Source of the DNA: Thermostichus sp. DRC_bins_24
GTDB lineage: Bacteria > Cyanobacteriota > Cyanobacteriia > Thermostichales > Thermostichaceae
Assembly (NCBI GenBank): GCA_039794845.1
Contig: JAUQVK010000085.1
Location: 1 to 43,990, forward strand
Reading direction: 5' to 3'
Length of the DNA stretch: 43,990 nt
Made by a program: the position numbers and the translations under genes. The first letter of the stretch is position 1, and each line of letters begins with the position of its first letter. Positions 30,331-40,453 of the stretch are shown here, piece by piece. The notes under the pieces are model-generated. The model saw only the letters and a program-made list of their open reading frames with translations. It was not told where the DNA came from and did no database searches.

Positions 30331-30461
30331 GGGATCCGTAAAACCGGCAGGTCCGGTGGGAGCGAAGGCGCCGCCATCATAATCCAGGCGATGGGGCCAA
30401 ACCGTTAAGGAAAAACATTTGGGCTTCTTGCCGGGATTCGGCCAAGCCTAGGAACAGAAGG

Positions 30462-30486
30462 AAGGGATCCCCGAGTGGGATCCCTT
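30462..30486 (-). terminator. Stem-loop built from two GGGATCCC palindromes after the substrate-binding gene
   Basis: AAGGGATCCC-CGAGT-GGGATCCCTT, followed by CCTTCTGTT on the minus strand; may terminate or stabilise the transcript. Confidence 0.45.
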
Positions 30487-30508
30487 AAGGCCGGCCAACT
30501 CCCTAACC

Positions 30509-32236
30509 CTAGGACTTACGGGTCCAGTCTTTGATGTTCCAGGGCTCCAGATCCCAGGGGGTGAGATCGATTCCCTCAATGCTATTGGCGGCAGCAGCAG
30601 GGCTGGAGCGGTCGATCAGGGGGATCAACGCCACATCCTCCACCGTCAGGAAGTTGTTCATCTTCTTGACCTGCTCATCCCGCTCATCCGGATCCGTCAT
30701 CCGCACCAATTCGGCAAAGAGGGCTTCATAGGTGGGGTTGCAGTAGCGAGCATCGTTGGCACCAGCCCAGTTGTTTTCCCTCTGGGCAATCTCCTCGCAG
30801 AGGTAACGGCGCATGTAACCGGTTGGGTCGGGGTTGTCATTGCCGGTGGTGTACATCTGCAAATCGGCATAAAAGTGGCCGAGGTTATCGGGGTTGTTGG
30901 GCTCGCTGTCGAAGAAGATACTGGCATCGACACTCTTCAACTCCAGGTCAATGCCAATTTTGCCCAAGTCTTGCTTGATGATCTCCTGGGTTTTTTGGCG
31001 CACCGGGTTGACGGAGGTTTGGAAGACCATGCGCATTTCCACGCCATCTTTGTCGCGGATGCCGTTGTTGTTGCTGTCCACCCAGCCGGCTTCATCCAAT
31101 AGCGCTGCGGCTTTTTCCAGGTTGAACTCCCAGGGGGCATTGGCCCGCAGGTTCTCCGGAGAGAGCACATAGTCATTCGTGGGGGTGCCCGCCACCCCGT
31201 AGAGCTGGTCAGCGATGGTTTGCCGATCCATCGCCAAACTCAGGGCTTTGCGCACGTTCAAGTCCGTCAGGAAGGGATGCGGTACGTCTTTGTGGGAGCG
31301 CTGCCCATCTTTCTCAACATTCGGATCGGAGAAATTGATAACGATTCGCTCCATATTGGGGCCGGGCTTGGGTATGACTCGCCCGATGCCCGTGGCTTCC
31401 AACTGAGTGAGCACTGCAGCCTCCACCTGTGTGTTCCAGGCATAATCGGCATCGCCCGTCTGCAGCACGGCCCGAGCTGCTGAGGTAGCATCGCCGCCCC
31501 CTTTCAGTTCCACCCGCTTAAAGAAAGGCTTGCCCTCTTCACGAAAATTCTCGTTGGCCACGTAGACGATTACATCCCCTGGTCTGACCTCTTCGGTAAT
31601 GTAGGGGCCGGTGCCGATGGGGGCCAAGTTGGCCGGTGCTTCCCGAGAGTTGGGGCCATTGAAGGGTTCAAAAATATGCTTGGGAATGATCATGCCGTTG
31701 GTACCCACAAAGGGCACAAACCAAGCCACCGTCGGCTCTTTGAAGGTGATTTTCACCGTGGTCGGATCCACAGCCTCCACCGAAGCAATATCGGTATAGT
31801 ATTCGGAGGTAATTGCCCCCACCTCTGGGTTGGAAATGTATTCGTAAGTGAAAACCACATCTTCGGCGGAGAAGGGTTCCCCATCTGCCCAGGTGACCCC
31901 ACTTTTAAGCTTCCAGGTCACCGAACTTAAATCTTCTGCAACGCCGCCGTTTTCAACGCTGGGAATCTCGGCAGCCAAAAAGGGCACCATCTCGCCACGA
32001 GCATCGAAGCTGGCCAGGGGTTCGTAGACCAAGCGGCTGGCCTCAAAGTCTTTGGTCCCCGTAGAAAGGTGGGGATTGAGCAACGTGGGGGCTTGCCAAT
32101 AGAGCAACCGTAGCGTGTCATCGGCCTGAGCCTGGGCAGGCACCCAATGGTGGACAAGCAAACCACCCACCACAAACAGTGGGATCAACAAAAGCCGCAG
32201 CTTGACCAGCTGCACTTTCAGACGTTTAAAAGACAT
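30509..32236 (-). CDS. Peptide ABC transporter substrate-binding protein (family 5)
   Basis: Signal peptide; YEPLA...PFLAAEIPS, TWKLKSGVTWADGEPFSAEDVVFT, PIGTGPY. Confidence 0.93.
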   Translation of the reverse strand: MSFKRLKVQLVKLRLLLIPLFVVGGLLVHHWVPAQAQADDTLRLLYWQAPTLLNPHLSTGTKDFEASRLVYEPLASFDARGEMVPFLAAEIPSVENGGVAEDLSSVTWKLKSGVTWADGEPFSAEDVVFTYEYISNPEVGAITSEYYTDIASVEAVDPTTVKITFKEPTVAWFVPFVGTNGMIIPKHIFEPFNGPNSREAPANLAPIGTGPYITEEVRPGDVIVYVANENFREEGKPFFKRVELKGGGDATSAARAVLQTGDADYAWNTQVEAAVLTQLEATGIGRVIPKPGPNMERIVINFSDPNVEKDGQRSHKDVPHPFLTDLNVRKALSLAMDRQTIADQLYGVAGTPTNDYVLSPENLRANAPWEFNLEKAAALLDEAGWVDSNNNGIRDKDGVEMRMVFQTSVNPVRQKTQEIIKQDLGKIGIDLELKSVDASIFFDSEPNNPDNLGHFYADLQMYTTGNDNPDPTGYMRRYLCEEIAQRENNWAGANDARYCNPTYEALFAELVRMTDPDERDEQVKKMNNFLTVEDVALIPLIDRSSPAAAANSIEGIDLTPWDLEPWNIKDWTRKS

Positions 32237-32715
32237 CTATGCTTACCTCTTGTTAAGAAGCGACAACTAAACCAGGGGATTTGCGCCACGGCGTTGAAAT
32301 CACCCCATGCGGATCTCAGCTCTAGACTGATGAAGAGCCAGGAGAAGTTCCCGCCTGATGGCCCCATTGAGGTCGACTTTGTTGGATGCCCGCCTGAGTC
32401 AACAACCCCTTTAAGTTCCTATCGGAACACGGTAGCAGCTGAGTTCGATTTTTCTGTGATTCGTTACACACTATGACAATTCTCGGGCGGGATCCCGGTG
32501 ACAACTTCTTTTTCTCTTAAGACTTTTCACGCCAACAAATGGCCGAAAAGGGTTCACTTTCCTACTCTGGTCTGGATCGGCGGGATCCGGTTGGCCGTGA
32601 CTTGTGTGCTTGCCTATACGACTGAGCCCTCTAGCCTGTGGTACGGTCTTGGCCGTCGATTCTGTACGGGGCAGGGGCGATGGGTACAGGATCTCTCCGC
32701 TACAGTGGCGAGGCT

Positions 32716-32758
32716 GTACCCACCCGTACCAACTCCAGGCCATAGAGGTCTCTAAATT
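32716..32758 (+). promoter_or_regulatory. Possible NtcA-type promoter (GTA-N8-TAC-N23-TAN3T)
   Basis: GTACCCACCCGTAC at 32716-32729 and TAAATT at 32753-32758, upstream of the ABC ATPases; GC-rich spacer weakens the call. Confidence 0.25.
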
Positions 32759-32845
32759 GGTTTATGTCCAAATGATTCAGACTTCGCTAGAGTTTTCCGG
32801 CCCAATCGGCTTAAAAGAATCTTGTATAGCAGGGATCCCAATGGC

Positions 32846-33883
32846 ATGGCGCGATTGTTAGAGGTGCGGAAATTAGAGACGCGGTTCCATACCCAAGATG
32901 GGGTGGTACATGCGGTCAACGGCACCAGTTTTCATCTGGACGAAGGGGAAACCCTAGGGATTGTTGGAGAATCCGGCTCCGGCAAAAGTATCAGTATGCT
33001 CTCGGTGATGCGGCTGATCCCGATGCCGCCGGGTAAAATTACGGGGGGCGAGGTGCTGTTTGAGGGAAGAGATCTACTCAAACTGAAAGAATCTGAAATG
33101 CGCCGCATCCGGGGCAATCAGATCGCCATGATCTTTCAAGACCCCATGACCTCCTTGAACCCTGTCCTGCGGGTGAGTCGGCAGATCATGGAATCGCTGC
33201 AGCTCCACCTGGGCATGAGTGCCGATCAAGCCCGGCAGCGGGCCATCGAACTGTTGCAAATGGTGGGGATCCCAGCGGCAGCCGAACGGGTGGACAATTA
33301 TCCCCACCAGTTTTCTGGGGGCATGCGGCAACGGGTGATGATCGCCATGGGCTTGTCCTGCCGTCCCAAGCTTCTGATTGCCGATGAGCCGACCACTGCT
33401 TTGGATGTGACGATCCAAGCGCAGATCGTGGAGTTGATCAAAGCCCTGCGGGACGAGATCGGCATGGCGATCATTTGGATTACCCACGACTTGGCCTTTT
33501 TGGCGGGCATTGCCGACCGCATTTTGGTGATGTACGGCGGCCAGATCGTGGAAGAGGCCCCCCTGCACCAGCTCTATAAAAACCCCCGTCACCCCTACAC
33601 CATCGGCCTGTTGCAGAGCATTCCCCGCCTGGATGAGCGCCGCCACGAAAAACTGCAGCCCATCGAAGGGATGCCTCCAGATTTGATCCATTACCCGAAG
33701 GGGTGCCCGTTTGCGGCCCGTTGTCGTTTTGTCATCGACCGCTGCTGGAGTGAAGATCCGGAGCTGGAGTCCGTTGGCCCCAATCATGCGGTGGCCTGTT
33801 GGGTGAAGCCCGAGGGGAAAGACCATCTCTTGACGGCCACTCTGGCCGACGGTGAGCGCCTGGGGGGGGCAACCCATGGTTAA
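32846..33883 (+). CDS. Peptide ABC transporter ATPase (DppD/OppD type)
   Basis: [38 protein letters not shown]. Confidence 0.94.
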   Translation: MARLLEVRKLETRFHTQDGVVHAVNGTSFHLDEGETLGIVGESGSGKSISMLSVMRLIPMPPGKITGGEVLFEGRDLLKLKESEMRRIRGNQIAMIFQDPMTSLNPVLRVSRQIMESLQLHLGMSADQARQRAIELLQMVGIPAAAERVDNYPHQFSGGMRQRVMIAMGLSCRPKLLIADEPTTALDVTIQAQIVELIKALRDEIGMAIIWITHDLAFLAGIADRILVMYGGQIVEEAPLHQLYKNPRHPYTIGLLQSIPRLDERRHEKLQPIEGMPPDLIHYPKGCPFAARCRFVIDRCWSEDPELESVGPNHAVACWVKPEGKDHLLTATLADGERLGGATHG

Positions 33884-34928
33884 CTCCGGCAGCAACGGCC
33901 CTTCCGTAAGCGCCAACAGCAATGGGCAAGCGCCTGTCTCTCCTTCCCCTCAAGCGACTTTATTGCGCATTGAAAACTTGAAAATGCACTTCCCAATTCT
34001 GCGCGGGCTGTTTCTACAGCGACAGGTGGGATCCGTCAAGGCCGTGGATGGGGTAAGTTTTGAGGTGCGTCGGGGGGAAACCCTTGGGCTGGTGGGGGAA
34101 TCGGGCTGTGGCAAAAGCACCACCGGGCGAGCGATTTTGCAGCTGTATCGGCCTACCGCCGGACATGTCTATTTTGAAGACACCGATCTCACCCAACTGG
34201 AAAATGAAGATCTGCGCCGTATGCGCCGCCGCATGCAGATGGTGTTTCAGGATCCCTACGCTTCTTTGAATCCGCGCCAGACGGTGGGGGCGATTGTGGG
34301 AGAGCCGATGACGGTGTTCAACGTGGCCAAGGGCAAAGCGCAGCAGGAGCGGGTTAAAGAACTGCTGGACGTGGTCGGCCTCAACCCCAGCTTTATCAAC
34401 CGCTACCCCCACGAGTTTTCCGGTGGTCAACGGCAACGGATCGTGATCGCGCGTGCTTTGGCGTTGAACCCCGATTTTATCGTCTGTGATGAGCCGATCT
34501 CTGCCTTGGATGTGTCGATTCAGGCGCAGGTGGTGAATTTGTTGGAGTCGCTGCAGGAGCAGTTTGGCCTCACCTATCTGTTCATCGCCCATGACCTAAG
34601 TGTGGTGCGCCACATTTCCAACCGAGTGGCGGTGATGTACTTGGGCAAGGTGGTGGAACTGGCGGATCGAGACGAGATCTACCAAAATCCTCTGCACCCC
34701 TATACTCAGGCGCTGCTCTCGGCAGTCCCGATTCCAGACCCGGAGGTGGAAGCCAAACGGCAACGGATTATCCTCAAAGGAGATGTGCCCAGCCCCGTTA
34801 ACCCGCCCAAAGGGTGCAACTTCCATACCCGCTGCCCCTTGGTGACGGATGTATGCCGCCAGGATCCCCCCCCGGCGTTTCGGGATGTGGGAGGGGGGCA
34901 TTTTGTCGCCTGTCATCTGGTGAGATGA
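33876..34928 (+). CDS. Peptide ABC transporter ATPase (DppF/OppF type)
   Basis: [34 protein letters not shown]. Confidence 0.94.
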   Translation: MVNSGSNGPSVSANSNGQAPVSPSPQATLLRIENLKMHFPILRGLFLQRQVGSVKAVDGVSFEVRRGETLGLVGESGCGKSTTGRAILQLYRPTAGHVYFEDTDLTQLENEDLRRMRRRMQMVFQDPYASLNPRQTVGAIVGEPMTVFNVAKGKAQQERVKELLDVVGLNPSFINRYPHEFSGGQRQRIVIARALALNPDFIVCDEPISALDVSIQAQVVNLLESLQEQFGLTYLFIAHDLSVVRHISNRVAVMYLGKVVELADRDEIYQNPLHPYTQALLSAVPIPDPEVEAKRQRIILKGDVPSPVNPPKGCNFHTRCPLVTDVCRQDPPPAFRDVGGGHFVACHLVR

Positions 34929-34950
34929 GCCGGCAATCAGCCCATCTCTC

Positions 34951-36345
34951 TCAGAGAATCCCGGCCACTCCCGTTTGTCGAGCTGCCTGAATCACAGCTG
35001 CAGCCACCTCAGAAACCACCCGTCCATCGAATACGGAGGGGATGATCCAGTTGCGATCCAAGTCTTCCGCAGGAATGAGGGCGGCAATCGCTTCGGCAGC
35101 AGCCACACACATCTCGGTGTTGATCAGTTTGGCCCGGCAATCGAGGGCCCCGCGAAACACCCCCGGAAAGGCGAGCACATTGTTGATCTGGTTGGGGTAG
35201 TCGCTGCGCCCTGTCGCCATCACCGCCACTTGATCGCTAACCCACTCCGGCTGAATCTCCGGTACCGGATTGGCCAGGGCAAATAGGATCGGTCGGGATC
35301 CCATGCTTTCCACCATTTCCACTGTCAGGGCATTGGCCACACTCACCCCGATGAACACATCCGCCCCCACCAGTGCGTCCGACAGGGATCCGCTTTGCTC
35401 GACGGCGACACTGGCTTTTTCAGGGGTGAGATCGCCGCGAGAATGGCTGATGATCCCCTGACGGTCGCAGGCGACAATGTGGGTTGCTCCGGCCCGCCGC
35501 AGCAGTTGAATCACCGCAATGCCGGCTGCCCCCGCTCCATTCAGCACAATGCGCACCTGCTCCAGGGATTTGTGGGCCACCTTGAGGGCATTCAGCAACG
35601 CCGCCAACACCACAATCGCCGTGCCATGTTGATCGTCGTGAAAAACGGGCAGAGTCAGGCGAGACTTTAACTTCGACTCAATGGCAAAACAACGGGGGGC
35701 GCTGATGTCTTCCAGGTTAAACCCGCCAAAGCCAGGGGCCAGATGCACCACCGTCTCGACGATCTGCTCCACATCTTGGGTCGCCAAACAGAGGGGGAAC
35801 GCATCAATATCCGCAAAGCGCTTAAACAGAGCGGCTTTTCCTTCCATTACGGGCAAAGCCGCCTCGGGGCCGATATTCCCCAGCCCCAGAACAGCACTGC
35901 CATCGGTAACAATGCCAACCGTATTGCCCTTGATCGTGTACTCGTACACAGAGGCGGGATCCGCGGCAATCTGCATGGAAACCCGACCCACCCCCGGCGT
36001 ATAGGTCATGGCCAGATCGGCAGCGCTCTCCAGTGGACTTTTGCCCACCACTCGCAGTTTTCCGCCTCGGTGCAGTTCAAAGGTGCGATCCAGTACCCGC
36101 TCGACCTTTACGTTTGGCAGGGATCCGACGGCGGCTCGAATTTGCTGAGCATGCTCATTGCTGGCGGCATCCACCGAGATCTCCCGCACCGTCTCGGAAG
36201 GCGATTGGTGGATGAGATCAATCTGGCTAAGGTTGCCTCCCACTTCGGCAATCGCTTGAGTGACCCGGGCCAAGGCTCCTGGTTGGTTGGGCAAGCGAAT
36301 GCGTAGGGCAATGCTATAGCTGGAGCTGGGGGTGAGTTTCGTCAT
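34951..36345 (-). CDS. NAD(P)-dependent malic enzyme with N-terminal ACT domain
   Basis: PNQPGALA (ACT), YTPGVG, TDGSAVLGLG, NLEDI, FHDDQHGT, GAGAAG, TGRSDYPNQINN. Confidence 0.94.
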   Translation of the reverse strand: MTKLTPSSSYSIALRIRLPNQPGALARVTQAIAEVGGNLSQIDLIHQSPSETVREISVDAASNEHAQQIRAAVGSLPNVKVERVLDRTFELHRGGKLRVVGKSPLESAADLAMTYTPGVGRVSMQIAADPASVYEYTIKGNTVGIVTDGSAVLGLGNIGPEAALPVMEGKAALFKRFADIDAFPLCLATQDVEQIVETVVHLAPGFGGFNLEDISAPRCFAIESKLKSRLTLPVFHDDQHGTAIVVLAALLNALKVAHKSLEQVRIVLNGAGAAGIAVIQLLRRAGATHIVACDRQGIISHSRGDLTPEKASVAVEQSGSLSDALVGADVFIGVSVANALTVEMVESMGSRPILFALANPVPEIQPEWVSDQVAVMATGRSDYPNQINNVLAFPGVFRGALDCRAKLINTEMCVAAAEAIAALIPAEDLDRNWIIPSVFDGRVVSEVAAAVIQAARQTGVAGIL

Positions 36346-36595
36346 AGCTCCCTATGGTAGACGAAAAACCGGATTCGGGGTTGCGGCAGCTGAGGTCGAT
36401 TGGTGATTGGGGCATCGATACCCCTAGGCATTGGGTATCCAATTGAGCATCCAATGGGAACACGCTTGCCAACGAGTTGACAGGATTTTGTGTACCCCTT
36501 TACTGCCGGCAGGACACTCCCGAGAGGTGCCCGCTGCTTTTATTAACCATTATTAACCACAGCCTTACCACGCTTAACTGCACCTTGAAACGGTG

Positions 36596-36745
36596 GTAGG
36601 GCTTATCTGCCAGGATGGACTCGCTACCCAGAGAACAGAGTTGACCGAACCCTTGCGCGAGGTCATCCAGTCTTTGCGCTCCCTTAGCGCATCCTTCCAG
36701 ACCTTGCAGCACACCTCCAGATGTGGTCAGGTGTGGTCAATCTTG
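36596..36745 (-). pseudogene. Frameshifted TnpB N-terminal remnant
   Basis: KIDHT / HLEVCCKVWKDALRERKDWMTSRKGSVN / CSLGSESILADKPY, broken by a stop and a frameshift; resembles cyanobacterial TnpB N-termini. Confidence 0.7.
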
Positions 36746-36797
36746 CTGCACAAGGTGCGGAGCACCGCGACGTTTTTGGTAGAGGCTGGGAGGGACC

Positions 36798-37112
36798 CTA
36801 ACGATGACTCACGGCCATATCCGTTGGCAGAAAGGCCAACTCCACTTGGGCGACGTAATCCGCATAGCTGAGCACCGGCACCGTATCCCATTCCGCCAAG
36901 CCGTGCATGCACTTCGACCATTGAATGAAGGTAGCAGGATAGGCATAGACCAAACTCGGATCCTGCAACACTTCTCTGGGCAGGGGGGGGATCGATTTCA
37001 ACACCGCCAGCAGCGCCGGAGGCTTGTGTAAAACCACCCGAGCTGCCTCAATCTGCTCTGGGGAAACCTTGAATTTGGCGGCAATAAACGAGATCACCTT
37101 TGAAATCTTCAT
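36798..37112 (-). CDS. Hypothetical protein, possibly truncated
   Basis: 104-aa ORF with purine-rich GAGAAGAG before the ATG; no recognised motif. Confidence 0.35.
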   Translation of the reverse strand: MKISKVISFIAAKFKVSPEQIEAARVVLHKPPALLAVLKSIPPLPREVLQDPSLVYAYPATFIQWSKCMHGLAEWDTVPVLSYADYVAQVELAFLPTDMAVSHR

Positions 37113-37326
37113 CTCTTCTCAACACCAACCTCACTTACGATATAGAGTGCCCTGGGATCCAAGAGTAGCCTTCAGGGATCCCACGGAGGCGGGAAGAGAA
37201 AGGCCATCCGACAAGGGCCCAATGGGATTTGGCAGGGCAGGAGATGGGCATCGGATCCCCCTTGCCTGAAGCAAGTGGTTCTCGTTATCTTGGTAAAGCT
37301 GAAAAAATCAGGGAAGCAAGTGAGCC

Positions 37327-37632
37327 GTGGCTAAAAAGAGCATGATCGAGCGGGAGAAAAAGCGTCAACGCTTGGTCGATAAGTACCGGGAGAAGCGCCA
37401 ACAACTCAAAGCGGAAATGGCCAATCCAGAGATTGATCAGGCCACCCGTATGGAGCTGCACGCCCAACTGCAAAAGCTCCCCCGGGCTAGCTCTCGTACC
37501 CGTCTGCGCAACCGCTGCTGGCAAACAGGGCGTCCACGCGGTTACTTCCGGGATTTTGGTCTGTCTCGCAACAGCCTGCGGGAGATGGCCCACAAAGGTT
37601 TGCTGCCCGGTGTGGTTAAGTCTAGCTGGTGA
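37327..37632 (+). CDS. rpsN: 30S ribosomal protein S14 (long, non-zinc type)
   Basis: [38 protein letters not shown]. Confidence 0.98.
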   Translation: MAKKSMIEREKKRQRLVDKYREKRQQLKAEMANPEIDQATRMELHAQLQKLPRASSRTRLRNRCWQTGRPRGYFRDFGLSRNSLREMAHKGLLPGVVKSSW

Positions 37633-37673
37633 GCACCTGAACCTCAGGTTGATGGAGCATTGAGGGATCCCGC

Positions 37674-38306
37674 GTGGGCCTGCAACCTTTTCAGATTTGC
37701 GATGAGGATCTCTCTCCAGAGATTCTAGAGGCTTTTGAGCAAGAGCCCCGCTTAGCAGTGGATACGGAAACCATGGGGCTGCTTCCCCAGCGGGACAGGC
37801 TCTGTGTGGTGCAAATCGCCAACGGGGCGGGTGAGGTGGTGCTGCTGCGGCTTAGCCGAGGGGTGCGACAGGCGCCTTACTTGGCTGAATTGCTGATGGA
37901 TCCGGGCATTGAAAAGATCTTCCATTATGCCCGTTTTGATCTGGGTATGCTGCTCTACCACTTGGGGATCTCGGTCTGGCCGGTGTTCTGCACCAAAATT
38001 GCCAGCAAACTGGCGCGCACCTACACCAATAAGCACGGCTTGAAAGAGGTGGTGAACGAGCTGTGCGGGGTGGAGTTGAACAAAACCGCCCAAAGTTCTG
38101 ACTGGGGCTCGGTACAAGCTCTGTCTGCCGAGCAACTGGAGTACGCCGCCAACGACGTTCGTTATTTGATCCCAATCCGTGACAAGTTGGCCCAGATGCT
38201 GCAGCGGGAGGAGCGCTGGGAGCTGGCCCAACGCTGTTTCCAACTGTTACCCACCCTGGTGGATCTTGACTTAATGGGCTTTAGCAATGTCTTCGAGCAC
38301 CAGTAG
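37674..38306 (+). CDS. RNase D-like 3'-5' exonuclease
   Basis: AVDTETMGL, KIFHYARFD, QSSDWG, YAANDV (DEDDy). Confidence 0.9.
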   Translation: MGLQPFQICDEDLSPEILEAFEQEPRLAVDTETMGLLPQRDRLCVVQIANGAGEVVLLRLSRGVRQAPYLAELLMDPGIEKIFHYARFDLGMLLYHLGISVWPVFCTKIASKLARTYTNKHGLKEVVNELCGVELNKTAQSSDWGSVQALSAEQLEYAANDVRYLIPIRDKLAQMLQREERWELAQRCFQLLPTLVDLDLMGFSNVFEHQ

Positions 38307-38703
38307 CTGCCAGGATCCGCTGCTTGAGTTTGTCCGCTCTAGGGCAAGACGTAGAACCAATGGCTGTGGAGAGGGTCTGGCGGGGGTTGAGGTCACTCAC
38401 CTAGCTTAGAAGTCCGCAGGTGCAGCGCCCCGGCAGCAGGGGAACTCCTACCTCAGGATCACTTTTTTTTCACCTCTGATGACTGGCCGGGGATCCTGCC
38501 CTGGTAGCCTGATTCCTCCCAGCTGAAAATAAGCATGCTTTGGGAAAAGTCAAGTGGGCCGAAGTCGAGTGCACAAAGTATCAGGTAACACAGTTGGTCG
38601 CTGCGCTCTCTGGTCTAGTGATGGCAGGAGCACCTCTAAATACATTCTCAAGAGGCCTGGCCGTTCCCGGCCCAGAGTACTTGCCCGCTGAGCAGTCGAG
38701 TCG

Positions 38704-39552
38704 ATGTTGGAGTTTCAGATGGTCGCCCAAGATCAGTCCTCTCCCCCCGGCGCCCGCGGTGGGATCCCTGACAAGCCGGTTCTGGAATTTCGCCATGTCT
38801 CGCTGCAGTACCCCGGCAAAGAGGCGCCCGTCACGATCATCCGAGACCTGAATTTTTCTGTGCAGCACTCGGAGTTTGTCTCCATCGTCGGGCCGAGTGG
38901 CTGTGGCAAGACCTCGCTACTGAAAATGGTTTCGGGTCTGAATACCAATCACGGCGGCACCATCTACTTTCAATCCCAACCGATCACCGGTCCTCTCAAA
39001 AATGTGGGCATGGCCTTCCAAAATCCGGTGCTGCTGCCTTGGCGCAATACCCTAAAAAACGTGCTGCTGCCTTTGGAGGTGGTGCAACCCCACAAGCGCA
39101 CCTTTCAGCAAAACCTGGCCCAGCACGAAAAATCTGCCCTTGATCTGCTGGCGACTGTTGGTTTGGAGGGCTTTCAAAATGCCTATCCCTGGCAGCTTTC
39201 TGGGGGGATGCGGCAGCGGGCTTCCTTGTGTCGGGCCTTAATTCACCAGCCGGAGCTGTTGCTGTTGGATGAACCCTTTGCCGCCCTGGATGCCTTTACC
39301 CGCGAGGACATGTGGGAGATGTTGCAGCGGCTGTGGATGCGCACGGCTTGTACCAGCATCTTGATCACCCACGATTTGCGCGAGGCGGTTTTCCTGTCCG
39401 ACACCATTTATGTGATGGGGCCCCGCCCAAGCGAGATTATCTTTCAGCTCAAGGTGGATCTGCCGCGCCCGCGTCCGCTGGAGATTTGCCTGACGGATGA
39501 TTTTCACCACCTGGTTTCGGAGGTGCGCAAACACATTCGGCGTAGCTACTGA
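38704..39552 (+). CDS. NitT/TauT-type ABC transporter ATPase
   Basis: GPSGCGKT, LLPWR, LSGGMRQR, LLDEPFAALD, ITHDLREAV. Confidence 0.9.
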   Translation: MLEFQMVAQDQSSPPGARGGIPDKPVLEFRHVSLQYPGKEAPVTIIRDLNFSVQHSEFVSIVGPSGCGKTSLLKMVSGLNTNHGGTIYFQSQPITGPLKNVGMAFQNPVLLPWRNTLKNVLLPLEVVQPHKRTFQQNLAQHEKSALDLLATVGLEGFQNAYPWQLSGGMRQRASLCRALIHQPELLLLDEPFAALDAFTREDMWEMLQRLWMRTACTSILITHDLREAVFLSDTIYVMGPRPSEIIFQLKVDLPRPRPLEICLTDDFHHLVSEVRKHIRRSY

Positions 39553-39634
39553 TTCGGGTTGTGAAAAGCTGAATGGTCTGGTTTTAGAGCGTTCTGGATA
39601 GATTTTGGTTGGTTGTGGTCACCGAGGGATCCCG

Positions 39635-40408
39635 ATGAAAAAATCATTCGACCAATTTCTGCAAACGAAGGCAGCTTCGATTATTCTGCCCGCCGCCACC
39701 ATCACCCTAAGCATTGTGCTCTGGCAGGTGGGGGTGCGCCTGTTCAACATTCCCCGCTTCATCTTGCCGGCCCCTACCGAGATCGTCGCCGCCATGAACC
39801 AATGGGGTCAGGTGATTATGCGCCACTCCCTGATCACCATTGGCTCGACACTGTTGGCTTTTACCTTGGCGTTGGTGGGTGGGGTGTTGCTCGGATCAAT
39901 CATCGGCAGCTCCCGTCTGGCCTATCTGTCTTTGTATCCTCTGTTGGTGGGCTTCAACACGATCCCGAAGGTAGCCTTGGTGCCCCTGTTGGCGATTTGG
40001 TTCGGGTTGGGGCTAATCCCGGCGGTGATCACGGCTTTTTTGCTGGCCTTTTTCCCGATTGCGGTAAATGTGGCAGTGGGCCTAGAAACCGTCGAGGCAG
40101 AAATGCGGGATGTGCTGCGCTCTTTGGGAGCGAGTGGCTGGGAGATTTTCACCAAAGTGGGGTTGCCCCACAGCATGCCCTATCTGTTTGCCTCGTTGAA
40201 GGTGTCGATTTCTTCGGCGTTTGTCGGCTCGGTGATTTCGGAAACGGTGGCCTCCAATGGTGGGCTGGGCTTTCTGATTGTGTCCGCGAGTTCCTCTTTT
40301 GATGTGCCTTTGGCGTTTGCCGGGTTGATCGCCCTGGGCATTATGGGCGTTTTGCTCTACACCTTCTTTGCCGCCCTAGAGCGCTACGTTTTGGCCTGGC
40401 GGCAGTAG
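39635..40408 (+). CDS. NitT/TauT-type ABC transporter permease
   Basis: ILPAP, IPKVALVPL, FFPIAVN, GGLGFLI. Confidence 0.9.
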   Translation: MKKSFDQFLQTKAASIILPAATITLSIVLWQVGVRLFNIPRFILPAPTEIVAAMNQWGQVIMRHSLITIGSTLLAFTLALVGGVLLGSIIGSSRLAYLSLYPLLVGFNTIPKVALVPLLAIWFGLGLIPAVITAFLLAFFPIAVNVAVGLETVEAEMRDVLRSLGASGWEIFTKVGLPHSMPYLFASLKVSISSAFVGSVISETVASNGGLGFLIVSASSSFDVPLAFAGLIALGIMGVLLYTFFAALERYVLAWRQ

Positions 40409-40453
40409 GGGTTGGGGTGCTTGTCCATAGGGATCCCTTGCCACATCACCACA

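Noticed and set aside
38340..38700. TPP or other riboswitch upstream of the ABC genes
   Set aside because: No recognisable aptamer consensus (no CTGAGA core)
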